This document shows, piece after piece, positions 44,956 through 55,039 of a stretch of 64,000 bases of DNA. The position numbers and the translations under genes are program-made. Location: NCBI GenBank assembly GCA_017560085.1, contig JAFYPA010000052.1, positions 65,928 through 129,927 of the forward strand. Reading direction: 5' to 3'. A model generated the notes under the pieces. It worked only from the letters and a program-made list of their open reading frames with translations. It was not told where the DNA came from and searched no databases. Origin of the DNA: Clostridia bacterium (GTDB lineage Bacteria; Bacillota; Clostridia; Oscillospirales; CAG-382). Position 1 is the first letter of the stretch, and each line of letters starts with the position of its first letter.

Positions 44956-46199
44956 TTATTGACGGAAGAAATTACGGCGGTGTATGCTCCTGCGGTAAAG
45001 TCCACGAATACGAAACGGAATTCTGCATAATAGAAAAGGGCTGTCTTGCAAGGGCTGACGAATACATTTCAAAGCACGGCTTTTCGGGCTTTTGCGTTGC
45101 CGTTTACGATGAGAACACATACAAGGCAACAGAGGGACTTCATCCACAAGCGGACAAGGAAATAATTCTTAACCCCGAAAATCTCCACGCCAACGAGCAC
45201 GGTGTGGAGCTTGCGATGAAGGAAATTCCCGCGGGATGCGACTATCTTATTGCGGTAGGCTCGGGTACGGTGCACGATATTACAAGGTACTGTGCCTATC
45301 TCCTGAAGATTCCCTTTGTGTCCTGCCCTACGGCGGCAAGCGTTGACGGCTTCTGCTCAAGTGTTGCGGCAATGACGTGGGAGGGCTGTAAAAAGACGCT
45401 TATTGCCGTTGCTCCGAGAATTGTTATTGCAGACCTCGATATTATCTCAAAGGCTCCGATGCGACTTACACGGTCGGGCTTCGGGGATATGATAGGCAAA
45501 TATATCGCTCTTACGGACTGGAAAATCGGAGTAATACTCAAGGGTGAGCACTTCTGCAAGGTTATTTACGATATGACCCTTGAGGCAACAAAAGCCGTTG
45601 TCGAGTCTGCGGACGGTATTGCAAACGGAGACATTTCCGCATACGAAAAGCTGACATACGGGCTTCTTCTTTCGGGAATAGCGATGAAGCTTCTCGGAAA
45701 TTCCAGATGTGCATCCGGTGCGGAGCATCATATTTCGCACTTTATAGAAATGCAGCCCGAGGGCTTTGGTGCGATTTCCGAGGCTCTTCACGGTGAAAAG
45801 GTCGGTGTAGGTACGCTTATCGCGCGCCGTGAATATGAAAGGCTCGCAAATGCGAAAAATATTTCCTTCAGGGATTACCCCAAAATCGAGGACGGCTACA
45901 TAAAGGAAATGTTCGGCACTCTCACGGATTCCATAATTGCGGAAAACGCAAAGGACAGCGCAGATGGAATTACGGCAGAGCTTCTTTACGAAAAGTGGGA
46001 TGAGATTTGTGCTGTTATAAGCTCCGTTCCAAGCTACGGTGAGCTTCTTGAGTGCTACAACAAAATCGGGGCTTGTACGACTCTTTCGGATATCGGCATC
46101 GGTGAGGATAAGCTTTCGATGCTTCTTGAATATTCTCCGCTTGTCCGCAACAGGGTTACGCTTATGAGGCTTCGCAGGGCGATAATTGAAGATAATTGA
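44952..46199 (+). CDS. Iron-containing alcohol dehydrogenase-family enzyme, AraM-like sn-glycerol-1-phosphate dehydrogenase
   Basis: ATGA overlap with the araD stop. Motifs [11 protein letters not shown] and SGAEHHISH are dehydroquinate-synthase-like/Fe-ADH fold signatures. Its position after araD parallels B. subtilis araM. Confidence 0.55.
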   Translation: MIIDGRNYGGVCSCGKVHEYETEFCIIEKGCLARADEYISKHGFSGFCVAVYDENTYKATEGLHPQADKEIILNPENLHANEHGVELAMKEIPAGCDYLIAVGSGTVHDITRYCAYLLKIPFVSCPTAASVDGFCSSVAAMTWEGCKKTLIAVAPRIVIADLDIISKAPMRLTRSGFGDMIGKYIALTDWKIGVILKGEHFCKVIYDMTLEATKAVVESADGIANGDISAYEKLTYGLLLSGIAMKLLGNSRCASGAEHHISHFIEMQPEGFGAISEALHGEKVGVGTLIARREYERLANAKNISFRDYPKIEDGYIKEMFGTLTDSIIAENAKDSADGITAELLYEKWDEICAVISSVPSYGELLECYNKIGACTTLSDIGIGEDKLSMLLEYSPLVRNRVTLMRLRRAIIEDN

Positions 46200-46250
46200 A
46201 TAAGAACAGAAAATGAGGATGTACTTTTTTGTTGTACACCCTCTTTTGTT

Positions 46251-47771
46251 TTATTGTCCTTCGTATATTTCGTAAACGTATTTCGGAACGAAATCCACAC
46301 AGTAGACATCCGCTTCCTCATCAGAGAGAAGATTCTTAACGTAGCTTTCCGTGTTTTCGTCCACATCCACCTTTTCAAGCTCAACGCCGAAATGACAAAG
46401 CCTGTTGCCCACGCCCTGAATATATGTGTTGCCAATCATCTTCGGCGTATATTCCTCAGACTTAATAGTGCATTGAACAAGAAATGTCGTGCTTCTGTCA
46501 AGTATATTATTTTTTATCACGAAATTCTTGAAGGGATTATTGGACGTGCCACCGCTTCGTATACATCCGTCACCGCCCGTGTTGTGTCTTGTTGAGCCGA
46601 AGCCGAAGCCCGCACGGCGAAGAAGGTTGCCCTCGAAGAGAATGTTTTCTCCGCCTCTTTTGTAGTCCTCTATTTCAGTAAGGAAATATTCTATACAATA
46701 TACGCAATCCGTAATGACGTTGTTTTTGTAAAGCACATCATTCATAAAGCAATCGCCCTTGGATTTTTTACTGTACTGATGTGTTATGCCTGCGTCGTAG
46801 CATTGATAAACGTAGCAATTTTCGATTGTGTAGCCCTTGCATCCGCCGAAAACCTGAACTCCGTTGCCGTATCGGATAAATGAGCCGTATTCGTCCCTGC
46901 GGTAATTCTGAAGCGAGCCGCCAATCCAGCCGACCTCGCAGTTTGTAACCGTGAGATTTTCAACCGTGCCCGCACCTATTCCGTGACCGCCCGTGTGGAC
47001 TATGCAAAGATTGTCTATGGTTACGTTGTTGCCTCTGACGGTTATATTGTGACCTCTTGTGTTGAACTCGATATTACGGAAAAGCTCACCGGGGTTTCCC
47101 TTGTCACAGCGGAGAAAAACCGAGCCTACGGCGCTGTCTGCGGGGATGATTTCGCAGTCCGTGTGGGTGTTCCATTTGTGGAAAAGAGTCATATTTTCAA
47201 GCTCTTCTCTGTAGTCGTATTCACGCTCGGGATTTTCACGGCAGGTGTATTTTCCGAAGCGCACGTTGGGAATCTGCTTTCTTGCAAAGCCCTTGTAATT
47301 GAAATTGCCGTCGCCGTCAAAGAAAATCGCACCGACGTCCGTTAAGGCATCGTTATAGAACCTCCATATTTTCTTTCCGCTTTCGTCCGCATAGTCGAGA
47401 GTCCACTTTTCAGCACCGCTTCCGTCCTCGGGCGAGCCTGAAATTATCGGCTTTCTGCCCTCTCCGTAGGCGGAGATTGTTCTGTCCTCGGGGACAACGA
47501 TTTTTTCCCGCCAGCATCCGCCTCTTTCAAGGAGAATTGCATCGCCCTGCTTGGATACGCCGATGGCTCTTGAAATTGTCCTCACGGCGGACTTTGGTGT
47601 TCTGCCGTTAAGGGCATCGTTGCCATTGGGTGAAACATAGTAAACTGCGCCGCTGTGGCTATGGGACACGGTATTCGGTGTATTTCTGATTTCGGCGATT
47701 CTCTCACGCTCAAGCTTGTCAAGCTCTGCGATTTTGGCGTTGCCGATGGATTTGTCGAAGGTTATGTTCAT
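46251..47771 (-). CDS. Right-handed parallel beta-helix repeat protein, paralog 1 (no signal peptide)
   Basis: N-cap YYVSPNGNDALNGRTPKSAVRTISRAI. Repeated NxxIxN/CxV coils are present (NVTIDNLCIVHTGGHGIGAG, NLTVTNCEVGWIGG, YTIENCYVYQCYDAGITHQ). Confidence 0.7.
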   Translation of the reverse strand: MNITFDKSIGNAKIAELDKLERERIAEIRNTPNTVSHSHSGAVYYVSPNGNDALNGRTPKSAVRTISRAIGVSKQGDAILLERGGCWREKIVVPEDRTISAYGEGRKPIISGSPEDGSGAEKWTLDYADESGKKIWRFYNDALTDVGAIFFDGDGNFNYKGFARKQIPNVRFGKYTCRENPEREYDYREELENMTLFHKWNTHTDCEIIPADSAVGSVFLRCDKGNPGELFRNIEFNTRGHNITVRGNNVTIDNLCIVHTGGHGIGAGTVENLTVTNCEVGWIGGSLQNYRRDEYGSFIRYGNGVQVFGGCKGYTIENCYVYQCYDAGITHQYSKKSKGDCFMNDVLYKNNVITDCVYCIEYFLTEIEDYKRGGENILFEGNLLRRAGFGFGSTRHNTGGDGCIRSGGTSNNPFKNFVIKNNILDRSTTFLVQCTIKSEEYTPKMIGNTYIQGVGNRLCHFGVELEKVDVDENTESYVKNLLSDEEADVYCVDFVPKYVYEIYEGQ

Positions 47772-47810
47772 TTTTATGTCCTCATTTTGTTATATAATAA
47801 TTTTTATGCG

Positions 47811-48146
47811 TCACACTCCGCCACAAACGTAAACGATATGATTTGCCATAAAGCAAAACCACAAGTAGCATACACCTGCAATACTCAAAGCATTAAATAC
47901 AGCCCATCCGTATTTTTTGTTTTCAAGTGAACTTACAAATACAAAATACCATATAAACGGTATTACCGGCACAAGTGAAATCAATGTCACAATATGGGAA
48001 GTCACCTTTACAACAGCAAATAGTCCCTCATTTTTCACATTGTAAGCACCGCCTGAAATCTCCGTGAGTATCATAACAGCAAGCCACAGAAGGACGGATA
48101 CTGTGATATAGATAACGTATGATTTTTGGGTTAAAAGCTTTTTCAT
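47811..48146 (-). CDS. Small integral membrane protein (3-4 TM)
   Basis: 111-aa hydrophobic ORF with SD AAAGGAG. Confidence 0.5.
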   Translation of the reverse strand: MKKLLTQKSYVIYITVSVLLWLAVMILTEISGGAYNVKNEGLFAVVKVTSHIVTLISLVPVIPFIWYFVFVSSLENKKYGWAVFNALSIAGVCYLWFCFMANHIVYVCGGV

Positions 48147-48168
48147 TTTACATCTCCTTTACCAGATG

Positions 48169-48390
48169 TTAACTGTGCACCTGCGCATCCCTTATAAGAT
48201 AGCGTGCATTCTCCAAATCTCTTTTATGTACAAATATTTTGTACTCGGTTCTCATAATATTCAGCCACGCATAAGTTCTGACATCAAAGGTATACTTTAT
48301 ATTGCTCTGCGAGAGTATTTCTCTGACCTTTGCCTGAAATGCGATGTCCTCGGTTATTATAAGCTCTTTTCTGTTGAATATCGTTATCAT
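48169..48390 (-). CDS. Small soluble hypothetical protein (73 aa; possibly DUF2007-like)
   Basis: Start moved to ATG 48390 (SD GGAGG 7 nt upstream). The sequence begins MITIFNRKELIITEDIAFQAKVREIL. Confidence 0.4.
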   Translation of the reverse strand: MITIFNRKELIITEDIAFQAKVREILSQSNIKYTFDVRTYAWLNIMRTEYKIFVHKRDLENARYLIRDAQVHS

Positions 48391-48427
48391 TCGTAATCCT
48401 CCAAGCATCGGGAAAATATTGCAAGCG

Positions 48428-48832
48428 TCAAATGAAAGCCGCCGCGATACACAGCCCAATCATCACTGCAAATTGCACCAACGGCACAAACTGAACTGCA
48501 AAGCTGAACTTGCTTTTTGCTCTTTTCCTTGCAATGACCGAGGTAAGAATGCACAAAGTAGCTGTAATTGGAAGCAATACTCCGAGCGCTACACCGTAAC
48601 CGAGCATATTTGCCTGCGATTCCGTAAGATTCGGGTCGTCAAAGAAAAATATAGTAAAAATTCCCATAAGTGACATCGGAATGTATGCTGCCGAAAGCAC
48701 TATATTCAAAATAAATCCCGCTTTATCAAGCTTTGTGTATTCGTAACCCTTCTTTTTCGGTATTATAAAACAAATTCCAAGGCACAGAAGAGCGAAAATT
48801 CCGAAAATATCTAACAGGGAAAGTCCGAACAT
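48428..48832 (-). CDS. Small integral membrane protein (4 TM)
   Basis: 134-aa hydrophobic ORF with SD GGAGG. Confidence 0.5.
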   Translation of the reverse strand: MFGLSLLDIFGIFALLCLGICFIIPKKKGYEYTKLDKAGFILNIVLSAAYIPMSLMGIFTIFFFDDPNLTESQANMLGYGVALGVLLPITATLCILTSVIARKRAKSKFSFAVQFVPLVQFAVMIGLCIAAAFI

Positions 48833-48852
48833 AGCATTTACCTCCTATGTGA

Positions 48853-50382
48853 TTATTTCTCCCCCTCATAAACCGGGAACACATACTTAGGAATATTATC
48901 CACGAAATAAACCTTTGCATCCTCGTCACGAAGAAGATTCTTTATGCTGTCAAAAACATTCTCGTCAACCTTGGTATTGGCAACGGGGACAACACCGAAT
49001 CTGCAAAGTCCGTTGCCCACGCCCTGAACGTAGGTGTTGCCTTCCATTTTCGGGATGTATTCCTCTGCCTGCGTTTCGCACTGAACAAGGTTTGTAATGC
49101 TTCTGTCAAAGATGTTGTTCTTTATAATGTAATTCCTGAAGGGATTTGACGAGCCGCCGCTTCTGATGTTGCCGTCACCGCCTCTGTTGGGTCTTGTCTG
49201 ACCGAAGCCGAAGCCCGCACGGCGAAGAAGGTTGCCTTCGAAGAGAATGTTCTTGCCCGTTCTTACATAGCCCTCGTATTCGCTGTGGAAATATTCTATG
49301 TTGTATACACAGTCGGTGATTACATTGTCCTTGTAAAGAACATCGTCCATTATGCAATCGCCCTTTGCACGGAAGGAATACTGATGTGTAATTCCCGCAT
49401 CGTAGCACTGATAAACATAGCAGTTTGCGATGGTGTATCTCTTGCATCCGCCGTATATTTCAACGCCGTTTCCGAAGCGGAAGGACGAGCCGACCTCGTC
49501 TCTTGTGTACGCCTGAAGCGAGCCGCCTATCCAGCCGATTTCACAGTTTGTGACGGTGAGCCCCTCTATTGTGCCCGCACCTATTCCGTGGCTTCCCGTG
49601 TGGACTATGCATATATTGTCAACCGTTATATCCGTTGCCGCCGCCACAATGGTGTGTCCCTTGGTGTTGAACTCTATCTGACTGAAGATTTCACCGGGAT
49701 TGCCCTTGTCGCATCTTAAATATACGGGGCCTACCGCTCTGTCCGTTGCGATAAAGTCGCCGTTGAACTCGGTGTCTGCCTTATGGAAGAAGTACATATT
49801 CTTAAGCTCTGCTCTGTAGTCGTACTTCTTTTCGGGATTGCCCTTGCAAGTGAATTTTCCGCCGTTTTCATCGCGGTCCTTGCAATCGGGAATATCCTTT
49901 GCGGCATAGCCCTTGTAGGAGAAGTCGTCACCGCCGTCAAAGAAGATACCGCCGATATCCGTCATCTGCTCGTTGTGGAACTTCCATATTTTTTCACCGT
50001 TTTCGCCCTCGTAGTCGAGAGTCCACTTTTCGGCGCCTGCACCGTTTTCCGGCGAGCCCGAGATTATCGGCTTTTTGCCTTCACCGTAAGCTGTAAGAGT
50101 AATTCCCATTCTGATTATAAGCTTTTCACGCCAATATCCGCCACGCTCAAGAAGTATTATGTCACCCTCTCTTGCGGTAACAAGCGCACGATTTATTGTT
50201 CTGAAGGGTGATGACGGTGAAAGACCGCAGTTTGTGTCGTTGCCGTTCGGTGAAACATATCTTTTTACGCCCTTTTTGTCGTATAAATCCATATTGGGCG
50301 TGTTTCTTATTTCCTCGATTCTTTTTGCTTCAAGTATGTCAAGCTCTGCAACCTTTTTGTTGCCTTCGTTAATATCAAACAT
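48853..50382 (-). CDS. Right-handed parallel beta-helix repeat protein, paralog 2 (no signal peptide)
   Basis: Start moved to ATG 50382 (MFDINEGNKKVAELD, aligns with the paralog N-terminus MNITFDKSIGNAKIAELD). About 60% identical by eye to 46251-47771. Confidence 0.7.
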   Translation of the reverse strand: MFDINEGNKKVAELDILEAKRIEEIRNTPNMDLYDKKGVKRYVSPNGNDTNCGLSPSSPFRTINRALVTAREGDIILLERGGYWREKLIIRMGITLTAYGEGKKPIISGSPENGAGAEKWTLDYEGENGEKIWKFHNEQMTDIGGIFFDGGDDFSYKGYAAKDIPDCKDRDENGGKFTCKGNPEKKYDYRAELKNMYFFHKADTEFNGDFIATDRAVGPVYLRCDKGNPGEIFSQIEFNTKGHTIVAAATDITVDNICIVHTGSHGIGAGTIEGLTVTNCEIGWIGGSLQAYTRDEVGSSFRFGNGVEIYGGCKRYTIANCYVYQCYDAGITHQYSFRAKGDCIMDDVLYKDNVITDCVYNIEYFHSEYEGYVRTGKNILFEGNLLRRAGFGFGQTRPNRGGDGNIRSGGSSNPFRNYIIKNNIFDRSITNLVQCETQAEEYIPKMEGNTYVQGVGNGLCRFGVVPVANTKVDENVFDSIKNLLRDEDAKVYFVDNIPKYVFPVYEGEK

Positions 50383-50541
50383 TTCTGTATTGCTTCCTTT
50401 CACTATTGAGTTTAGAGAATTATACCACGGAAGCGAGCCGTAAATCAATAGATTTGAGTTTTTTTAGTTAAAATGCATATTTATTTGTAAAATATGTCAA
50501 TTTCCCGCAGAAGTGCAAAAAAGTTATTTTATGTCATACTG

Positions 50542-50570
50542 TTGACAACCTGCACTTTTAAGTATATAAT
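50542..50570 (+). promoter_or_regulatory. Consensus sigma-A promoter for the HAD hydrolase gene
   Basis: TTGACA (50542-50547), 17 nt, TATAAT (50565-50570). Confidence 0.65.
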
Positions 50571-50605
50571 AAACACAACACCAAACACAAAGCAAAGGAA
50601 AAAAC

Positions 50606-51361
50606 ATGGGTAAATTTGACGGCTATCTTATCTGCACCGACCTTGACGGCACCTTTACAAACGGTCACGACATATGCGGAGAAAACGCAGAATATGTAAA
50701 ATACTTTCAGGAAAACGGCGGTCTTTTCACCGTCTCCACGGGCAGACTTCCGAATCATATAGAGGCATTTTCCGACTTTGCTCCCAACTGTCCCGTGGTT
50801 ACGCACAACGGTGCCGCTGTTTACGATATGCAGGAAAAGATGTTCCTTTATAAGAGCATTATCACGGAGGACGCATCAGAGGTTCTCGACTGTGCCTTCA
50901 AAAGTGATTGCATCCGTAAGGTATGGATAAACACCGCTCTTAACGGCTACGACATAAAGGGTGCGAATGACATCAAAAAGGACGATCCGCCCTTCAAAAT
51001 CGTAATCTGTGCCGAGCCCGCAGAGGAGGCGCTTAAGCTCAAGAACGAGCTTGCGGAGAAATTCGGAGACAAATTCTGCATATTCCTTGCGTGGAGAACG
51101 GGAATAGAAATTCTCGCAAGGGACACAAACAAGGGTACAGCCGTGGCAAGGCTCCGCAGTATTCTCGGGGACAAGGTGAAAAAGGTAATCTGTGTCGGGG
51201 ACAGCGAGAGCGATACCTTTATGTTTGATTATGCGGATATCGGCATCGCCGTTGAAAATGCGGACGAATATGCAAAGAAATCTGCGGACAGAATTACAGT
51301 GAATTTCACCAAGGGCTTTGTGAAATATGTCGTTGAGGATATCGAAAAGGGTAATCTCTGA
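50606..51361 (+). CDS. HAD-superfamily hydrolase, Cof-type (IIB) phosphatase
   Basis: Motif I LICTDLDGT, motif II VSTGR, motif IV CVGDSESD. Confidence 0.8.
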   Translation: MGKFDGYLICTDLDGTFTNGHDICGENAEYVKYFQENGGLFTVSTGRLPNHIEAFSDFAPNCPVVTHNGAAVYDMQEKMFLYKSIITEDASEVLDCAFKSDCIRKVWINTALNGYDIKGANDIKKDDPPFKIVICAEPAEEALKLKNELAEKFGDKFCIFLAWRTGIEILARDTNKGTAVARLRSILGDKVKKVICVGDSESDTFMFDYADIGIAVENADEYAKKSADRITVNFTKGFVKYVVEDIEKGNL

Positions 51362-51399
51362 CGGATAAAAAATGTTTACACAAATATTGTTCCCGCCTC

Positions 51400-51428
51400 T
51401 TGAATTTTTACTTTAATAATGGTAAAAT
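51400..51428 (+). promoter_or_regulatory. Sigma-A promoter for uxuA
   Basis: TTGAAT (51400-51405), 17 nt, TAAAAT (51423-51428) with an extended TG. Confidence 0.55.
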
Positions 51429-51462
51429 ATAGAAAAACAAATATTACGAAAGGAATTAAGCT

Positions 51463-52512
51463 ATGAAAATGTCATTCCGCTGGTACGGTAACGACGATCC
51501 CGTTACACTTACCAACATATCACAGATTCCCGGAATGAGAAGCGTTGTTTCCGCGGTGTACTCCGTGCCCGTAGGTGAGGTTTGGCCGATGGAAGCGATT
51601 CTCGAAATCAAGGATTCTTGCGAAAAGCACGGTCTCATTTTTGACATTGTTGAATCCGTTCCCGTTCACGAGGATATAAAGCTCGGAAAGCCTTCCCGTG
51701 AGCGCTACATTGAAAACTACTGTCAGAACATCAGAAACCTTGCAAAGGCAGGCGTTAAGGTAATCTGCTACAACTTTATGCCCGTATTTGACTGGCTCCG
51801 CTCCAGCCTCAACTTTGAAAACGAGGACGGCTCCACATCTCTCATTTACAGAGAAGAGGACGTTCTTGCAATGGACCCCTCCAAGGGCGACCTTTCCCTT
51901 CCCGGCTGGGACTCCAGCTACACAAAGGAAAGCCTCGGAAAGCTTCTTGACGAGTACAAGGGCATTGACGAGGAGGCACTCTGGAGAAACGTAGAATACT
52001 TCCTTAAGAAGATTATTCCCGTTTGCGAGGAATGCGATGTCAAAATGGCTGTTCACCCTGACGATCCGCCGTGGGGCATTTTCGGTCTTCCGAGAATTGT
52101 TACAACAGAGGAAAACCTTGCAAGATACCTTGCACTTGTTGACTCTCCCTGCAACGGTCTTACACTCTGCACGGGCTCGCTCGGTGCTAACCCCGAAAAC
52201 GATCTTCCGAGGATGATCAGACGCTTCGGTGCTGAAGGTAAAATTCCCTTTATGCACGTTCGTAACATCAAGTATGTTGGTGAAAGAGGCTTCAACGAAA
52301 CGGCTCACAAGACAGAGTGCGGCTCTCTCAACATTTACGAGATTATGCGTGCGCTTTATGATGTAAAGTTCGACGGCTACATCCGTCCCGACCACGGCAG
52401 AATGATCTGGGGTGAAACGGGCAGACCGGGCTACGGTCTTTACGACAGAGCTCTCGGTGCCGTATACCTTAACGGTCTCTGGGAGGCTATCAACAAGGAA
52501 AACGAAAGATAA
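51463..52512 (+). CDS. uxuA: Mannonate dehydratase
   Basis: N-terminus [18 protein letters not shown] is characteristic of UxuA; 349 aa. Confidence 0.85.
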   Translation: MKMSFRWYGNDDPVTLTNISQIPGMRSVVSAVYSVPVGEVWPMEAILEIKDSCEKHGLIFDIVESVPVHEDIKLGKPSRERYIENYCQNIRNLAKAGVKVICYNFMPVFDWLRSSLNFENEDGSTSLIYREEDVLAMDPSKGDLSLPGWDSSYTKESLGKLLDEYKGIDEEALWRNVEYFLKKIIPVCEECDVKMAVHPDDPPWGIFGLPRIVTTEENLARYLALVDSPCNGLTLCTGSLGANPENDLPRMIRRFGAEGKIPFMHVRNIKYVGERGFNETAHKTECGSLNIYEIMRALYDVKFDGYIRPDHGRMIWGETGRPGYGLYDRALGAVYLNGLWEAINKENER

Positions 52513-52591
52513 TTTCCTAAAAACAAAATCAATCAAGGTGGGATATCCACATCCCGCCTTTTTTGTTACCCTTATTTACACGGAGGAGAAA

Positions 52592-52942
52592 ATGGAAAAC
52601 GCCCGCTTCACGAAAAACGACAACGGCTTTATATGTGCCAACTGCGGATTTGAGGTAATGCCTCTGGGTACTACCAGCAGAAACCACTGTCCGAGATGTC
52701 TTTGCTCACTTCACGTTGACGTAAATCCCGGTGACAGAGCCTGCGACTGCGGTGGAATACTTGAGCCGATAAGTGCAGTTCCCGACCCTAAAAAGGGGTT
52801 TGTGATAACGCACAAGTGCCGCAAATGCGGATTCGTTTCCCATAACAAGGCGGCTCTGAAGAACGCAAAGTCCAAGCTTCCCGACGAGCAATACGACGAT
52901 GAGGACTTCCTCATAAAGCTCACCGTGTCGAGGGACTGGTAA
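52592..52942 (+). CDS. RNHCP-domain zinc-ribbon protein
   Basis: Start moved to ATG 52592 (SD GGAGGAG). It contains the literal SRNHCPRCLCSLHVD motif and a second Cys pair CRKCG. Confidence 0.75.
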   Translation: MENARFTKNDNGFICANCGFEVMPLGTTSRNHCPRCLCSLHVDVNPGDRACDCGGILEPISAVPDPKKGFVITHKCRKCGFVSHNKAALKNAKSKLPDEQYDDEDFLIKLTVSRDW

Positions 52943-53047
52943 ACAAAAATCGGGCTGTGGCGAAGAACATCGTCACAGCCCAAATTTTACATAATTTTGT
53001 AGGGAACGACCTGTGTGTCGTTCCTTTTTTTGCAGATAAATCCGCTT

Positions 53048-54139
53048 TTATTTAAGATTTACAAGTGTAAACGCAAGATTCTCAAGTATTCTGTATCCGT
53101 CCGAGATTGTACGCTTAAGCTTCGCGTCCGCCTCAAGGCAAGCCGCGGCAAAGCGCTTTGCGTAGCCCTTCTGCACTGAGGAAAGCGTAGCAACGTACTT
53201 TTTCACCACGAAATCACGGAGTCCCGATGCGTTTATTATATCGGGTATAGCCTTTCCCTCTCTCTGAAGGGAGGAAACAATACTCAAATCCGTCGCCATT
53301 TTGCTTATCGCACCGAATATGAGAAGTGGCTCTGTTTTTGTAAGTCGAAGCTTTGAGAGAGCATCAGCCGCGCCCTCAAAGTTCTTTGCGGATATGGCGT
53401 TTGTTACATCGAAGGTAATCGCTTCCGTGTTCTTTATGCAGACATAGTCGATATCCTCCGTTGTAACCTCGCTTCTGCCTCTTACGGTAAGATAGGCGCA
53501 AAGCTTTTCCGCTTCGTTTGCGAGAAGGCACATATCCGTACCGGTACAGTCACAGAGATAACGCACATTTTCGGGAGAGATTGCTATTTTTTCTTTATCA
53601 AAATGCTTCTTTATCCAGCGAAGAAGCGTAGGATCACCTGGTGCCGCTCTTTCGAATTCGCAGGCGAGTGCGTTTTCAGAGATTTTTTTGATTATCGCAC
53701 CGTTTGACTTTCCCTTCACGGGGTCGATGTTGGAGAAATAAATTACAACAACCGTCATTTCTCCCACATCCGAGAGCATATTGTAGACGTCTGTCATTTC
53801 CCTCTCGGAAAGTCTTGAAAAATCGGGGCTGTCAAGCTTTATTACACGCTTGCTTTCCTCCTTGGGAGCTTCGTCAAAAAAGGAGAATTCCTGCATAGGC
53901 ACAGCCGAAATTTCGTCGCAAAGCTCACCGAAGTCAACCTCGCCACGCATTACGGATATATTCACCGATTCCCCCGCCGCCTTACAAAGCTCGCCGAAGT
54001 AGTATCTTTTCATATACTCCTCGTCACCGCCGAAAACGTAAGTACCGCCTATGTCGCCGTCCTTGAGTCTTCGCTTGAGCTCGGCAAGGGCTTCCTTTGA
54101 GGAGTCGTCCTTTTTGCCGTATGTTTTTTTGTATGCCAT
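53048..54139 (-). CDS. holA: DNA polymerase III delta subunit
   Basis: 363 aa. The N-terminus YVFGGDEEYMKRYY and overall helical layout are delta-like. The neighbourhood (comEC-type gene, ftsK, mfd) is replication/repair. Confidence 0.55.
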   Translation of the reverse strand: MAYKKTYGKKDDSSKEALAELKRRLKDGDIGGTYVFGGDEEYMKRYYFGELCKAAGESVNISVMRGEVDFGELCDEISAVPMQEFSFFDEAPKEESKRVIKLDSPDFSRLSEREMTDVYNMLSDVGEMTVVVIYFSNIDPVKGKSNGAIIKKISENALACEFERAAPGDPTLLRWIKKHFDKEKIAISPENVRYLCDCTGTDMCLLANEAEKLCAYLTVRGRSEVTTEDIDYVCIKNTEAITFDVTNAISAKNFEGAADALSKLRLTKTEPLLIFGAISKMATDLSIVSSLQREGKAIPDIINASGLRDFVVKKYVATLSSVQKGYAKRFAAACLEADAKLKRTISDGYRILENLAFTLVNLK

Positions 54140-54160
54140 ATATACCTCGTCTGAGTTTTA

Positions 54161-55039
54161 TCAGAAATCAAAATTCGGAACGTATTCCTCAATTGCAGAG
54201 CTTCTCTCCTGCGTGTAGCCGTGGGTTATGCCGAGCCTTTGCGCGTAGTCCGTTACCTTGCTGTATTCAAGGGTTGTGACCCTTCTTGAAAGCTCGGGGA
54301 ATTCCTTGGCTCTGTGTGTGGGGAAATACTGACACATTATGCTTATATAGAGTCTTGAGACATCGTACTTTTCCGAAAGTCTGTCGAGTATCGTCATTGA
54401 ATCCTTATAGAGCTTCGGCAGAACAAGGTGTCTCGGAAGAACACCCTTTATCATATGTCCCTCACCGTCAAATTCGGGATATCCCACCTGACGGAACATT
54501 TCCTCAAGTGCCTTCCACGCAACATCAAAGTAGTCGGATGCACCCGAATATTTTGCGGAATATTCGGATGAGTAATACTTTATATCGGGAAGATAAATAT
54601 CAACAAGCCCCTCGAGAGAACGAAGCGTTTCGACCTTGTCATATCCGCCCGTATTGTAAACCACGGGAATACCGAGCTTGTCCTTCACTCTTCCGAGTGC
54701 GTTCGCTATGCTTACACTGTAGTGCGTGGGGTTTACAAGATTGAGATTTGCCGCCCCCATATCCCGCACGGAAAGAAAGATATCGCAAAGCTCGTCCTCC
54801 GTTACGTCCCTTCCCCGAAGTCCGCTTGATATTTCGTGATTCTGGCAAAAGACGCATTTAAGCGAACAGCCCGAGAAGAATACCGTTCCCGAGCCCTTGC
54901 CGTATGATATGCAGGGCTCTTCCCATTCGTGGAGTCCTACCCTTGCAATTCTTATTTTGTTATCCGCTCCGCAAAAGCCTCGGTGTGTGCTTCTGTCGCA
55001 AAGGCAATTGCGGGGACAGGCTGTGCATTTTGTTGTCAT
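54161..55039 (-). CDS. Radical SAM protein (PflX / pyruvate-formate-lyase-activase-like)
   Basis: CxxxCxxC cluster CSLKCVFCQN preceded by an extra N-terminal Cys cluster CTACPRNCLC. Confidence 0.75.
   Translation of the reverse strand: MTTKCTACPRNCLCDRSTHRGFCGADNKIRIARVGLHEWEEPCISYGKGSGTVFFSGCSLKCVFCQNHEISSGLRGRDVTEDELCDIFLSVRDMGAANLNLVNPTHYSVSIANALGRVKDKLGIPVVYNTGGYDKVETLRSLEGLVDIYLPDIKYYSSEYSAKYSGASDYFDVAWKALEEMFRQVGYPEFDGEGHMIKGVLPRHLVLPKLYKDSMTILDRLSEKYDVSRLYISIMCQYFPTHRAKEFPELSRRVTTLEYSKVTDYAQRLGITHGYTQERSSAIEEYVPNFDF

Noticed and set aside
51520-52536. 338-aa minus-strand ORF antisense to uxuA
   Set aside because: The plus-strand frame begins with the diagnostic UxuA N-terminus MKMSFRWYG and has a promoter and SD.
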